A stretch of 64,000 nucleotides of DNA from positions 12,918 through 76,917 of the forward strand of contig JAURYB010000078.1 in the NCBI GenBank assembly GCA_030654075.1, given 5' to 3'. Both the position numbers and the translations under genes were made by a program. Position 1 is the first letter of the stretch, and each line of letters begins with the position of its first letter. The notes below the pieces were generated by a model. The model did not search any database. It was not told the DNA's origin and saw only the letters and a list, made by a program, of their open reading frames with translations. The stretch comes from Bacteroidales bacterium (GTDB taxonomy: Bacteria; Bacteroidota; Bacteroidia; Bacteroidales; UBA4417). Of this stretch, positions 1-10,710 are shown one piece after another.

Positions 1-97
1 TTTTAGCAAACTAGAGTCAGATGTTAAAAATGCGTTTACTATCTTAGCTCAATCAGGTCATTAAAAACGCATAAAATTGATGGATTGAAACAGCTGA

Positions 98-1498
98 TTA
101 CTGAACTTCAACCAACTTCCCGTTAATATAGAATTCTTTAAAAATCAGATCCCTTGTATAGTTGAGCAGATTGCCATTCTTTACGCCGTTGAAATTACAT
201 TTCTCGATAAATACATTGGTAACCGGACTTCTTTCGTAAGCATCCAGGTATAAGCCATAATTGCTTTTATCGCTGGTAACGTTTGATACATATATGTTTC
301 TGACAACAGGTGTGAAATTACCGGCATCGCCTTCCTGGTATTGAAAGGAAACCAGGACAACGGCTTCTTTTACCTGCCCGATTTTGATATTTCTCATGTA
401 AATATTTTCGACTATACCGCCACGAACGGAATTTGTTTTAATCCGTAAAGCCCTGTCGAGGTTTGGGCTATCCATTACACAGTTTTCTGCAAACACATTA
501 CGTACAGAACCCGAAATCTCGCTTCCGATTACAACGCCACCGTGGCCATCGTTCATCCGGCAGTTTTGAATAATAATATTTTCACTTGGCACATCAACTC
601 TTCGTCCATCGTTATTCCGGCCTGATTTTATGGCTATACAATCATCACCCGTGTTAAAAACGCAGTTTTTTATCAAAACATTTTTACAACTTTCGGGATC
701 GCAACCGTCATTGTTAGGCCCGAGACTAGATATCTTTATATTTTGAACAGTTATATTCTCGGATAATACAGGATTGATTTCCCACATCGGTGAACGAACA
801 ATGCTTATGCCGTCAATTAAAATGTTTTTACATTTGATAAATTGAATAAAGCTTGAACGCAGGTAATGGTTTTCACCAAATACTCTTTCCGAAACAGGGA
901 TACCCTCTTCGCCCATTTTATTCAGTTTATTCACACTTTCTACCTGGTTTATTTCATTCGGGATTTTAGATCCTTTCCATTTCCACCAGTTTGTATCATC
1001 GGCCTGGCCATCAAGGGTTCCTTTGCCTGTTAAGGCAATATTTTCCTGTCCGTAGGCATAGATCAGCGGGGAATAATTGTAACATTCAACACTTTCGAAA
1101 CGGGTAAATACAACAGGCAGGTATTTAGACGGATCAGTATAGAATTTTATGGTAGCCTTTTTGGAAATGTAAAGATTTACATTGCTTTTAAGATGGATAG
1201 CTCCCGACATAAAAATACCTTTCGGTACAACTACTCTTCCGCCTCCAGCCTTGCTGCAAGCTTCGATGGCATCTTTAAAAGCCTTGGTACAATCCGTAGA
1301 TCCATCACCTTTGGCTCCATAACTTACAATAGAGAAATTTTTAGAAGAAAATTTTGGCGCTCTTATTGCCGCTAAAATGCTTTTTACCTGGTTCCATCCT
1401 AAATCCTGATCATGAATTTGCTGAGAATGACCAGTTGTATAGAAAATAGAAAAAAAGAAAAAAAGGAAGTAGTTTTTAAGTAGTCTTAGCTGATTCAT
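98..1498 (-). CDS. GH28 polygalacturonase (secreted)
   Basis: Signal peptide; GH28 motifs NNDG, GDDC, GHGG, RIK; N-terminal YGAKGDG beta-helix start. Confidence 0.93.
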   Translation of the reverse strand: MNQLRLLKNYFLFFFFSIFYTTGHSQQIHDQDLGWNQVKSILAAIRAPKFSSKNFSIVSYGAKGDGSTDCTKAFKDAIEACSKAGGGRVVVPKGIFMSGAIHLKSNVNLYISKKATIKFYTDPSKYLPVVFTRFESVECYNYSPLIYAYGQENIALTGKGTLDGQADDTNWWKWKGSKIPNEINQVESVNKLNKMGEEGIPVSERVFGENHYLRSSFIQFIKCKNILIDGISIVRSPMWEINPVLSENITVQNIKISSLGPNNDGCDPESCKNVLIKNCVFNTGDDCIAIKSGRNNDGRRVDVPSENIIIQNCRMNDGHGGVVIGSEISGSVRNVFAENCVMDSPNLDRALRIKTNSVRGGIVENIYMRNIKIGQVKEAVVLVSFQYQEGDAGNFTPVVRNIYVSNVTSDKSNYGLYLDAYERSPVTNVFIEKCNFNGVKNGNLLNYTRDLIFKEFYINGKLVEVQ

Positions 1499-1526
1499 GG
1501 TTGACCTTGATCTCTATTGGTTTCAG

Positions 1527-3215
1527 TTATTTTATTATTTCTGGATACTCTTTTACATCTTTCTCAACAAGTGTATTCTCCTTGCTGATTGAGCCCGATT
1601 TAACCCGGATGTTCCTGCTGTTTTCCCCTTCAACCTTTAAAACACGCTTCATATCCTTATTTGAAGAAAATCCTGTTATATCGATATTTTTTGAATTCTT
1701 TAGAGTTATAGCTGGACCTTCAGTATTCAGAATTCTAACATTTTCAAGGATTATCTGATCCGATTCCCTGATATCGGCTCCAAGTTGAGACGAAATGGTC
1801 ACATTTTTAATTATAATGTCCTGGATATTCATTTCGGGCAACCCGTTAAAAAATATAGCACGGCGCGCCCCGTTGCAGGTAATATTGTTAAAACTGATCT
1901 TCCTGAATACCGGTGTTTCTACAGAAACTGAATAAGTGCCGTTAACCGGTATTGTTTCTCCTTCTTCAAGCAGTTCGGTAGCAGATTTTCCATTATAAAA
2001 AATATCAAACAGGATTGCCTCAGTAGGAATATTGATCATTTTTATACTTTCAACATAAATATTTTCAACAATACCACCCCTTCCCCTGTTGCTTTTAAAA
2101 CGTAACCCTACATCCGTACCAATAAAAGTACAATTTGAAACTTTAATGTTTCTGGCGCCCCCTGACATTTCGCTCCCAATAACAAAACCACCGTGCCCAT
2201 GATACACAGTGCAATTATTGATAATTACATTTTCGGTTGGCAAGCCACGTTTACGCCCCTGCTCATCCTTGCCCGATTTTATGCAAATGGCATCGTCGCC
2301 CACATCAAAAGTACTGTTTGCAATAATCACATTTTTACACGATTCGAGATCAATACCATCGCCGTTCTGCGAATACCATGGATTACGAACCGTTACACCG
2401 TCAATTGTCAGATCCTGGCACATCAACGGATGAAGGTTCCAGGCAGGGGAATTCTGAAAAACAACTCCTTCAAGAAGAACTTTTTTGCATTCAACAAGCC
2501 CGATCATTACCGGACGGAGGAAATCTTTAACGGAATTCCACTCTTCTTCGGTGTTAATTCCTTCAGGTACATTAAAAGTTGTTGTACGTAAAGAACCTTC
2601 TAACGATTTTAGTGTGGGATACCATGTGTCTTTTGACTTATTTAATACACCGCCGCTTGCTACTAGTTGTTTCCATTGTTCCGAAGTCATTTTGCTCTTT
2701 TTCACAGGCCTCCATACTTCGCCACTGCCATCGATTATTCCTTTACCGGTTATGGCAATATTTTCGAGCCCTCTGCCATTTATTGGCGAAATACATCTTT
2801 TAGTAATAATTCCTTCAAAATAAGTTTCAATCAGCGGGTAGTCGTCATAATTTTTGCTGAAAATAACCAAGGCACCTTCTTCAAGATGAAGGTTAATATT
2901 GCTTTTTAGCGTAATCGGACCTGTCAGCCATATTCCGGCAGGAACAGTAAGTGTTCCGCCTCCTTTTTGAGATAAAGCGTCAATAGCCTTACTAAAAGCT
3001 TCTGTATTTAAAAAGACGCCATCTCCAATACCACCAAAATCTGTAATTGAATAGTTTAAATCGGAGAAAACCGGAACAACAACGTGTTCCATACCAAAGG
3101 GTAAATTTGTATACAGATAGTTGTATCTTTTTTCATCCTGTCCCTTACCAATGATAACCAGATTTGTGAAAACCAGGGTTATCAAAAAAACTACATATTT
3201 CGGTTTTAACATCAT
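1527..3215 (-). CDS. GH28 polygalacturonase / exo-polygalacturonosidase
   Basis: Motifs QNGDG, GDDAICIKSG, HGHGG, RFKS; signal peptide. Confidence 0.92.
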   Translation of the reverse strand: MMLKPKYVVFLITLVFTNLVIIGKGQDEKRYNYLYTNLPFGMEHVVVPVFSDLNYSITDFGGIGDGVFLNTEAFSKAIDALSQKGGGTLTVPAGIWLTGPITLKSNINLHLEEGALVIFSKNYDDYPLIETYFEGIITKRCISPINGRGLENIAITGKGIIDGSGEVWRPVKKSKMTSEQWKQLVASGGVLNKSKDTWYPTLKSLEGSLRTTTFNVPEGINTEEEWNSVKDFLRPVMIGLVECKKVLLEGVVFQNSPAWNLHPLMCQDLTIDGVTVRNPWYSQNGDGIDLESCKNVIIANSTFDVGDDAICIKSGKDEQGRKRGLPTENVIINNCTVYHGHGGFVIGSEMSGGARNIKVSNCTFIGTDVGLRFKSNRGRGGIVENIYVESIKMINIPTEAILFDIFYNGKSATELLEEGETIPVNGTYSVSVETPVFRKISFNNITCNGARRAIFFNGLPEMNIQDIIIKNVTISSQLGADIRESDQIILENVRILNTEGPAITLKNSKNIDITGFSSNKDMKRVLKVEGENSRNIRVKSGSISKENTLVEKDVKEYPEIIK

Positions 3216-3243
3216 CGGGAATCTTTGATATAAATATTACGTA

Positions 3244-3251
3244 CAAAGATA
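3244..3251 (-). promoter_or_regulatory. Bacteroidota -7 promoter element for the GH28 pair
   Basis: TATCTTTG on the minus strand, matching TAnnTTTG, about 30 bp upstream of the 3215 start. Confidence 0.6.
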
Positions 3252-3489
3252 TTTCCGGAGACTGTAAGCCATGTGCATTATTTGGTTTTTTTAATTAGTC
3301 ATTTAGGTTTTTTAGGGCTGAAATCCTTTTCCGATGCACAACGATCTATATAATATGGTACTTTTATAGACATAATTATGCCAGCAATGTGTTTTGAAGT
3401 TCCTTGGGAAAAATCTCCTCTTGTATTTTTCAGAAGGGTATTTTTTTAACATAAATCTGGCACCCAGACATAAATTTAAATTACACAAA

Positions 3490-4620
3490 ATGAAGAGGTT
3501 AGCATTATTTTTATTACTAATTCTGGTTAGTTTCGGTTTTACCGCGCCCAAAAAGGTTTCAGTAACCGTTACAAATCCCTTAAGTACAAACAGAATCAAC
3601 GAAACTGTTGAAATCGCTATATCAGATATTAGCAAGATTCTCAAATGCGACGATTATAAAAGTTTTGTCGTTTTTGATGAAGCAGGTAGAGAAATACCTT
3701 CCCAGGTCCTGTTTATGGGGAAGAAATCTCCCGTAAAACTTATATTCCAGGCAACGGTTGAAGGGAAGAGTAAAGCCATGTATGAAATCAGAAATGGTAA
3801 GCCTTCGGCATATCCGCCAAAAACCTATGGAAGGCTTGTTCCCGAACGGTTTGATGATTATTCGTGGGAAAATGACAGGATTGCATTCCGGGTTTATGCA
3901 ACGGCTTTAATTGTTAAGGACGGGCCCAGCAACGGGATAGATGTTTGGGTTAAAAGAACCGAAAAACTGGTTGTTGACAAGTGGGTTAAAGATTACAAAG
4001 CCGGTATTTCGAGCTATCATAACGATTCGGGCGAGGGGTGTGATTGTTATAAAGTAGGAAGGACGCTGGGTGCCGGAGCTATGGCGCCTTTTGTTAACGA
4101 TTCTTTGTGGCTGGGTTCAAATTTTGAATCGTATCAGACATTGGATAATGGCCCGGTTAGAACTTCGTTCAGCGTAGTTTATCCTCCGTTTAATGTGAAT
4201 GGCAAAATGGTAACCGAAACAAGGACATTCTCGCTGGATGCAGGGAGCCAGCTTTCTGCCGTTACAGAAGAGTATTCCGGATATGATGCTCCAATGGAAG
4301 TCGCTACCGGTATCGTTAAAAGAAAAGAAGGCCGGATAACAGCAAAATCTTCTGAAAAAGGGTATGCCTCTTATTGCCTGGAAGAAGGTGAAGGCGGAAT
4401 TACTTATCTGGGAGTTGTTGCAACAAGCCCGGTAGTTAAAATTATCGAAAAAAACGATCATGTATTACTCACCACTAACTATAATCCCGGGGACAAACTT
4501 CTGTATTATGCCGGCGCGGGCTGGAGTAAGTGGGGATTTGAAAATGAGGGAAAATGGAATCAATACCTCGATGATTTTTCAGCCAGGATTCAACATCCGC
4601 TTGTAGTCAAAATAAAATAA
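3490..4620 (+). CDS. DUF4861 family protein
   Basis: YGRLVPERFDDYSWENDRIAFRVY, NGIDVWVKRT, YKVGRTLGAG, YYAGAGWSK. Start moved to ATG 3490 because it gives a signal peptide (MKRLALFLLL). Confidence 0.8.
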   Translation: MKRLALFLLLILVSFGFTAPKKVSVTVTNPLSTNRINETVEIAISDISKILKCDDYKSFVVFDEAGREIPSQVLFMGKKSPVKLIFQATVEGKSKAMYEIRNGKPSAYPPKTYGRLVPERFDDYSWENDRIAFRVYATALIVKDGPSNGIDVWVKRTEKLVVDKWVKDYKAGISSYHNDSGEGCDCYKVGRTLGAGAMAPFVNDSLWLGSNFESYQTLDNGPVRTSFSVVYPPFNVNGKMVTETRTFSLDAGSQLSAVTEEYSGYDAPMEVATGIVKRKEGRITAKSSEKGYASYCLEEGEGGITYLGVVATSPVVKIIEKNDHVLLTTNYNPGDKLLYYAGAGWSKWGFENEGKWNQYLDDFSARIQHPLVVKIK

Positions 4621-4650
4621 TTTCAGTCTGTATTTGAATAACTTCCTGAT

Positions 4651-7600
4651 ATGAAGCTGTTTTTCTGTTTACTCTCCATCATCTTTTTTTCTTCACTGAT
4701 CAGTCCTTTAGCCGCTCAGCCTAAGAGTACATTTACGCATTATTCAGTTGAGGACGGACTCTCTGAAGGTGAAGTGCTGTCGATGATTCAGGATAAGAAC
4801 GGCTACATGTGGTTTGGTACTTTTGATGGATTGAACCGCTTTGACGGGCTAAACTTTAAAGTATATAAATCAGGGTTTAACCGGTTCAGTTCACTGACTA
4901 ATAACAGGGTAGATAAAATTATAGAAGATGAATTAGGGTATTTATGGATTTTAACGAATAATGGTGACGCACATAGATTTGACACTCAAAAAGAGCTGTT
5001 TATAAATTTCAAAGGTTCTACAAATAATATTTCGACCGATCAATCGCCAATCCAACAAATTTTCTGCTTCCCGGGAGGTGAAACATGGTTGACCACTGAA
5101 AATGGAGGATGTGTAAGAATTATATCTTCAAAACACTCTGATAATTTTAAAACTGACTATTTCCCGGTTGCAGGCAAGGGCTCTCCCAAAACTAGAATAA
5201 ATGGCATCTTTAAAGATAAGGAGAATACGATCTGGATACTTACTTCAAGCGGTATTTCAGTTGTTAGAAAAGGGCAAATAACAGCGGAAAAAATCAGCCA
5301 GATTAATAAAACTGCCAATCAAGCTTCATTGTCATTTTATTCCTTTTTCGAATTTGACGATAAAATCTGGTTTGGTTCCGGTCTGGGAGATATATTCTCT
5401 TATAATATTGGGAACAAAGGTTTCGATGTCATTAAAACCGGAGTTACATCCCGGATTATTGCCATAAAACCACTAAACCAGCGCGAACAGATAGTGCTCA
5501 CCTCCGACGACGGATTTTTTATTCTGAACAGTACAACCGGCGAAAGGAAATACTTCAGGAAAGAGAATAATCCTTCGATTCCTACCAATAAGATGCTCTC
5601 AGTTTATGTTGATAAATTCGGAGAGGCCTGGATTGAAACTGCTGTTGAAGGTGTGCTGCACTTTGATCCGTTTAAAGATCAGATTACTCACTTTAAAATG
5701 AGGAAGGATAAGACGAATCCGAATGTTTTCCTGCCTAACTTTTTTATTTTTGAGGACAAAAATGATTATTTATGGGTGCATCCTTTAGGTGGCGGATTTT
5801 CATATTACAACAGGACTCAGAAGAAATTAGAATACTTTTATAACGAGCCGGGCAATCCCTCACGGCGGTTTCCGAACATTCTTCACTCAGCATTTTCCGA
5901 TAAGCAGGGCAATCTCTGGATGTGCACTATTTCGAGGGGAATAGAGAAAGCTACCTTTTACCCTGACCAATTTAAACTTTTACAGCCAAATCCATCTTCA
6001 ACTGCGCACGCAGAGAATGAAGTGAGAACCGTTTTCGAGGACAAAAATAAATTCCTTTGGATTGCAACCAGGGATGGATCAGTACATCTGTTTGACTCAA
6101 CAAAAACCATCCTGGGTGATTTGCGTGAAAATGGAACTTTAAATTCGGGTGAAAAATTCAATGGTCTCATCTATTCAATAATTCAGGATCGGAAAGGAAA
6201 TATATGGATGGGTTCGAAAGGCCGGGGAGTGTTTAAACTCGAAAACCTGGGAACTAACAAAGTTCCCCGCTTTAAAATTTCCAATTTTACCCATAATCCT
6301 GCTAATCCTTACAGCCTGAATCACGATAACGTGTATTCTGTTTTTGAAGACAGTTTTGGAAGAATATGGGTTGGAACTTATGGCGGAGGGCTCAATTATA
6401 TTATTGAAGAACAGAGCAGTACGAAATTTATTAATTATAATAACCAGTTAAAAAAATACCCGTTTATTGATTTTAAAAGGGTGAGATTTATTACAGCTGA
6501 TTTTAAAAATAATATCTGGGTTGCTACAACAAACGGATTACTGGTTTTTAATCAGAATTTTGCAAAACCGGAAAATGTAAGTTTTCAAACCTTTACCTAT
6601 AATCCTAAGGACAAGGCGAGTTTATCCAATAATAATGTAAACTACATTTATTGTTCCGCATCCAATGAGATTTTTGTAGCCACTTTCGGCGGCGGGCTGA
6701 ATCAGGTTTTCTTTCGGAATAAACCGGGTGAAAAGCCGGTTTTTAAATCTTTCACTGAAGAATCGGGTGCGCCCAGCGATATTATACTTAGCATAATTGA
6801 TGATTTGAAAGGCAATCTTTGGATGAGCAGCGAAAGAGGAATACTTAAATTTAACAAAAAAAACCTTTCGTTCGAAATTTACGGGAAACAAAGCGGTATT
6901 GAAAGCAAATATTTCTCAGAGGCCACAGGTATAAGAATCCATACCGGGGAAATACTGATGGGATTCGATAATGGATTGTACTATTTTAATCCTGAACAGG
7001 TTAAGAAGAGCGCTTCCATTCCTGCTATTGTAATTACAGGTGTACAAATAGGAGGGAAGGATGTTAATAATATTGAATCTGATCAATCCGGTTCAACATA
7101 TAATTCGGAAACTTCTACACTTGAGCTTAACCATAACGACAAGCATTTCAGTATTGGTTATGCAACCCTGGATTACCGGAATCCCAATAATATTCATTAT
7201 TCGGTTAAGCTCGAAGGTTTTGACCAGGAATGGCATATTGAACGCCGGCAAAGGATTGCAAACTATACAAATCTTGCACCCGGAAAGTATACATTCAAGG
7301 TAAAATCAACCAACTCCGACGGGATTTGGGTAGAGAATGAGAGAACAATCAACATCATAGTACATCCTTCATTTTGGGAAACAAAACTGGCTCGGTTTCT
7401 GTATTTTCTTGTCTTTCTGCTTCTTACGGCTACTACCATTTATATTGTTTTCACGATCTATAAACTTAGACATAAGGTTGAAGTTGAGCAGCTAATTACG
7501 AACATGAAGCTTAAATTTTTTACAGATATTTCGCATGAACTCCGTACGCCGTTAACCTTAATTTCATCGCCGGTAGACAATATCCTTAAAAATTATACCC

Positions 7601-9096
7601 TGGAACCGGATATCAAAGAACAACTTTCGATTGTGCATAATAATACAGAGAGGATGCTTCGTTTGGTAAACCAGATTCTTGATTTCAGGAAGATTCAGAA
7701 TAAGAAAATGAAACTTAAACTGGAGGAATTTGGGTTAGGCGAATTTATTTCTGAAATCTGCGGGAATTTCAAAAAAATAGCGATTGAAAAGGGAATAGAG
7801 CTTAGTTTTAATGACTTATCAGCAAACGAAAGTATATGGGCAGATAAAGACAAAGTCGAGAAAATCACCTACAATCTTTTGGCCAACGCAATAAAATTTA
7901 CCCCCAGGGGGAAAAAGGTTGCTATTACTGTAGTGAAGAATGACAACAATATTTTGGTTAAAGTCTCCGACCAGGGCATAGGTATATCGAAAGAAAAAGT
8001 AAAGAATATTTTTGAACGGTTTGTAAGCATCGATAGCTCAAATATTAATTTCCAGCCTGGTACCGGAATCGGATTATCACTCAGCAAAGAACTTGCAGAA
8101 TTGCATAAGGCAGAATTAACAGTGGAAAGCAATGAAGGGGAAGGCACGACTTTTACAGTATCCTTCAAAATGGGATGGTCACATTTTGGAAATGATACCG
8201 ATTTTGTGCTGATGGATGGACAAATTCCAGGTGCCGTTTTGCCTTCAGGACACGAAAAACATGAGGATGAGATAAATACTGATGATGAGGACACTGTGCC
8301 TCTACTCCTTATTGTTGAAGACAACGAAGAGTTGAGAAGTTTCCTTAAAATAGTATTATCACCTGATTTCCATGTGATTGAAGCCGGGAATGGCAATCAT
8401 GGACTGCAAATTGCAAAAGATCAGCTGCCCGACATTATTATTACAGATATAATGATGCCTGAAATGGATGGATTGGAGTTAGCCCGAAGAATTAAATCGG
8501 ATGAAACTACATCACACATACCCGTTGTTGTATTAACCGCAAAAACAGATCTGGATACCCAACTCGAAGCACTTAAAAGAGGCGCTGATGATTATATTAC
8601 CAAACCGTTTAGTTCCTCTTACCTTAAGGCCCGCGTTGATAATATTCTGAATCAGCGCCGGAAACTGCATGAAAAATTTCTTTCTGCTCTTTCTTCTAAT
8701 CTGTCGCATCAAACCTCAAAAATATTTTCTACTGATCCCACACTTCCCGTTGTTGAATCGTTTGACCAGAAACTAATGGTAAAAGTGATGGAGATAATGG
8801 AAAAAAATATGGACAATGCTGAGCTCACAGTTGATGAACTCGTTTCAAAAATAGGTATCGGCCGGTCTGTTTTTTTTAAAAAACTTAAAAGCCTTACAGG
8901 GATTGCACCTATTGAGTTTATAAGGGAAGTTAGAATTAAAAGAGCGGCCCAGCTTATCGAAACCGGTGAGTTTACTATTTCGCAGGTTACATTTATGGTC
9001 GGGAATAACGATCCCAGGTATTTTTCCAGGTGTTTTAAGCAAAAATTCGGAATGACACCTTCCGAATATAAGGAGAAGTACTCTCCGCATAAGTAA
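4651..9096 (+). CDS. Hybrid two-component sensor/regulator (HTCS)
   Basis: Reg_prop beta-propeller repeats, Y_Y_Y domain, TM helix, HisKA (FFTDISHELRTPL), HATPase (GTGIGL), receiver (DIMMPEMDG), AraC HTH. Confidence 0.97.
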   Translation: MKLFFCLLSIIFFSSLISPLAAQPKSTFTHYSVEDGLSEGEVLSMIQDKNGYMWFGTFDGLNRFDGLNFKVYKSGFNRFSSLTNNRVDKIIEDELGYLWILTNNGDAHRFDTQKELFINFKGSTNNISTDQSPIQQIFCFPGGETWLTTENGGCVRIISSKHSDNFKTDYFPVAGKGSPKTRINGIFKDKENTIWILTSSGISVVRKGQITAEKISQINKTANQASLSFYSFFEFDDKIWFGSGLGDIFSYNIGNKGFDVIKTGVTSRIIAIKPLNQREQIVLTSDDGFFILNSTTGERKYFRKENNPSIPTNKMLSVYVDKFGEAWIETAVEGVLHFDPFKDQITHFKMRKDKTNPNVFLPNFFIFEDKNDYLWVHPLGGGFSYYNRTQKKLEYFYNEPGNPSRRFPNILHSAFSDKQGNLWMCTISRGIEKATFYPDQFKLLQPNPSSTAHAENEVRTVFEDKNKFLWIATRDGSVHLFDSTKTILGDLRENGTLNSGEKFNGLIYSIIQDRKGNIWMGSKGRGVFKLENLGTNKVPRFKISNFTHNPANPYSLNHDNVYSVFEDSFGRIWVGTYGGGLNYIIEEQSSTKFINYNNQLKKYPFIDFKRVRFITADFKNNIWVATTNGLLVFNQNFAKPENVSFQTFTYNPKDKASLSNNNVNYIYCSASNEIFVATFGGGLNQVFFRNKPGEKPVFKSFTEESGAPSDIILSIIDDLKGNLWMSSERGILKFNKKNLSFEIYGKQSGIESKYFSEATGIRIHTGEILMGFDNGLYYFNPEQVKKSASIPAIVITGVQIGGKDVNNIESDQSGSTYNSETSTLELNHNDKHFSIGYATLDYRNPNNIHYSVKLEGFDQEWHIERRQRIANYTNLAPGKYTFKVKSTNSDGIWVENERTINIIVHPSFWETKLARFLYFLVFLLLTATTIYIVFTIYKLRHKVEVEQLITNMKLKFFTDISHELRTPLTLISSPVDNILKNYTLEPDIKEQLSIVHNNTERMLRLVNQILDFRKIQNKKMKLKLEEFGLGEFISEICGNFKKIAIEKGIELSFNDLSANESIWADKDKVEKITYNLLANAIKFTPRGKKVAITVVKNDNNILVKVSDQGIGISKEKVKNIFERFVSIDSSNINFQPGTGIGLSLSKELAELHKAELTVESNEGEGTTFTVSFKMGWSHFGNDTDFVLMDGQIPGAVLPSGHEKHEDEINTDDEDTVPLLLIVEDNEELRSFLKIVLSPDFHVIEAGNGNHGLQIAKDQLPDIIITDIMMPEMDGLELARRIKSDETTSHIPVVVLTAKTDLDTQLEALKRGADDYITKPFSSSYLKARVDNILNQRRKLHEKFLSALSSNLSHQTSKIFSTDPTLPVVESFDQKLMVKVMEIMEKNMDNAELTVDELVSKIGIGRSVFFKKLKSLTGIAPIEFIREVRIKRAAQLIETGEFTISQVTFMVGNNDPRYFSRCFKQKFGMTPSEYKEKYSPHK

Positions 9097-9155
9097 ATAT
9101 CAAAAAATACACGCTTAACTTAATTTTATGCACATTCAGTTAGCTTAACCGATAG

Positions 9156-9163
9156 TACATTTG
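9156..9163 (+). promoter_or_regulatory. -7 promoter element for GH105
   Basis: TACATTTG matches TAnnTTTG; CAC cores at 9110 and 9131 lie upstream. Confidence 0.55.
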
Positions 9164-9206
9164 TGGTGTTCGAATCACAATTGATAAACACCATAAGATT
9201 GATTTT

Positions 9207-10418
9207 ATGAAGTATATACTGTTGTTTTTTATAGTTTCTATTGCACTCGTGGCTACGATTCCGGCCTGTGGGCAGAGGCAGCCTAAAAATAAGATTGACC
9301 AAAAATCCGAATTGTGGTCGGTCCGAATGGCGGAATCAGAAATGGTTCGATTCCCTTCCTGCTGGCAGGTGGATTTTGTTAAAGAGAAAAGATGGAATTA
9401 TACACCGGGACTCGAAGGCCTGGCTTTTACCAAACTTTATGAAGCCTATAAAGATGAAAGGTTTTATCAATATGCCAAAGGATATGCCGATTCTCTTATC
9501 GACGGCAAGGGCCAGATATTGACTTATAATAAATCAAACTACAACATTGATTACATAAATCCAGGGAAATTACTTATCTACCTGTTTGAGAAAACCGGTG
9601 ATAAGCGATACAAAATTGCACTCGACACGTTGAGATCTCAGATCAAAACTCAGCCAAGAACCACGGAAGGCGGATTCTGGCATAAGAAAATATATCCAAA
9701 CCAAATGTGGCTTGACGGACTATACATGGGTGCTCCGTTCTATGCCGAATATGCAAAAAAGTTTAATGAGCCTGATGCATTCGCTGATGTTGTTAATCAG
9801 TTTCTTCTGGTGGCAAAACATACGTATGATCCCAAAACAGGTTTATATCGCCATGGCTGGGATGAATCAAAAATTCAGAAATGGGCAAATCCCGAAACTG
9901 GTCAGTCACCTCATGCCTGGGGCCGTGCAATGGGTTGGTACGCTATGGCAATTGTTGATGTGCTGGACTTTCTTCCTGAAAATCAACCTGGCAGAGAAGA
10001 AATATTATCGATACTGAAAAATATGGTTGAAAAATTATCTGAAATCCAGGATCCTAAAACCGGAGGTTGGTACCAGGTTCTGGACCGGAACGGAGAAGGA
10101 GGAAACTATATTGAAACATCATGTACATCCATGTTTTCCTATTCAATATTTAAAGCTGTCAGAAAGGGATATATCGATAAAAAGTATCTGAAAACAGCAA
10201 CAAAGGCATACCATGGCCTTATTAAAAACTTTATAGTTGTTGACGCTAAAGGACTGGTGAACCTCACCAGGGTTTGCGGGGTTGCAGGATTAGGTGGTAA
10301 TCCATACCGGGATGGATCATTCGGGTATTATATTAATGAAATGATCAGAGACAACGATCCGAAAGGTACAGGTCCTTTCATCATGGCAAGTCTTGAATAT
10401 GAGCAATTAGCGAAATAG
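9207..10418 (+). CDS. GH105 unsaturated (rhamno)galacturonyl hydrolase, YteR-like
   Basis: GGFWHKKIYPNQMWLDGLYM, HGWDE, WGRAMGW, ETSCTSM, NDPKGTGPF. Confidence 0.92.
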   Translation: MKYILLFFIVSIALVATIPACGQRQPKNKIDQKSELWSVRMAESEMVRFPSCWQVDFVKEKRWNYTPGLEGLAFTKLYEAYKDERFYQYAKGYADSLIDGKGQILTYNKSNYNIDYINPGKLLIYLFEKTGDKRYKIALDTLRSQIKTQPRTTEGGFWHKKIYPNQMWLDGLYMGAPFYAEYAKKFNEPDAFADVVNQFLLVAKHTYDPKTGLYRHGWDESKIQKWANPETGQSPHAWGRAMGWYAMAIVDVLDFLPENQPGREEILSILKNMVEKLSEIQDPKTGGWYQVLDRNGEGGNYIETSCTSMFSYSIFKAVRKGYIDKKYLKTATKAYHGLIKNFIVVDAKGLVNLTRVCGVAGLGGNPYRDGSFGYYINEMIRDNDPKGTGPFIMASLEYEQLAK

Positions 10419-10674
10419 TTGCTCTCAATATGTATTCGCATTAAGAAGCTTTTCGTAAGCTAAATAGCAGAAGTTGATACCTGTTTGATTTGTTTTCAAA
10501 AAAAATCGGGTTCGTGGATTAATGGTTTATAATTTATGAACTGAGCTTATAGCGTTTTAGTATAGTTCCTGCATCGAAACCGGGTTTTTTATGCGCCGTC
10601 AAAAAAATAAATATAGGAATCAAAAACTCCACACTTTATACAGATTATTTCACACCTGAAAATTTCCAAGACAA

Positions 10675-10682
10675 TATATTTG
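10675..10682 (+). promoter_or_regulatory. -7 promoter element for susC/susD
   Basis: TATATTTG; TCCACAC and TTCACAC direct repeats 21 bp apart lie just upstream. Confidence 0.65.
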
Positions 10683-10710
10683 CGTATTGAACAAACTCAA
10701 ACCCCAATTT

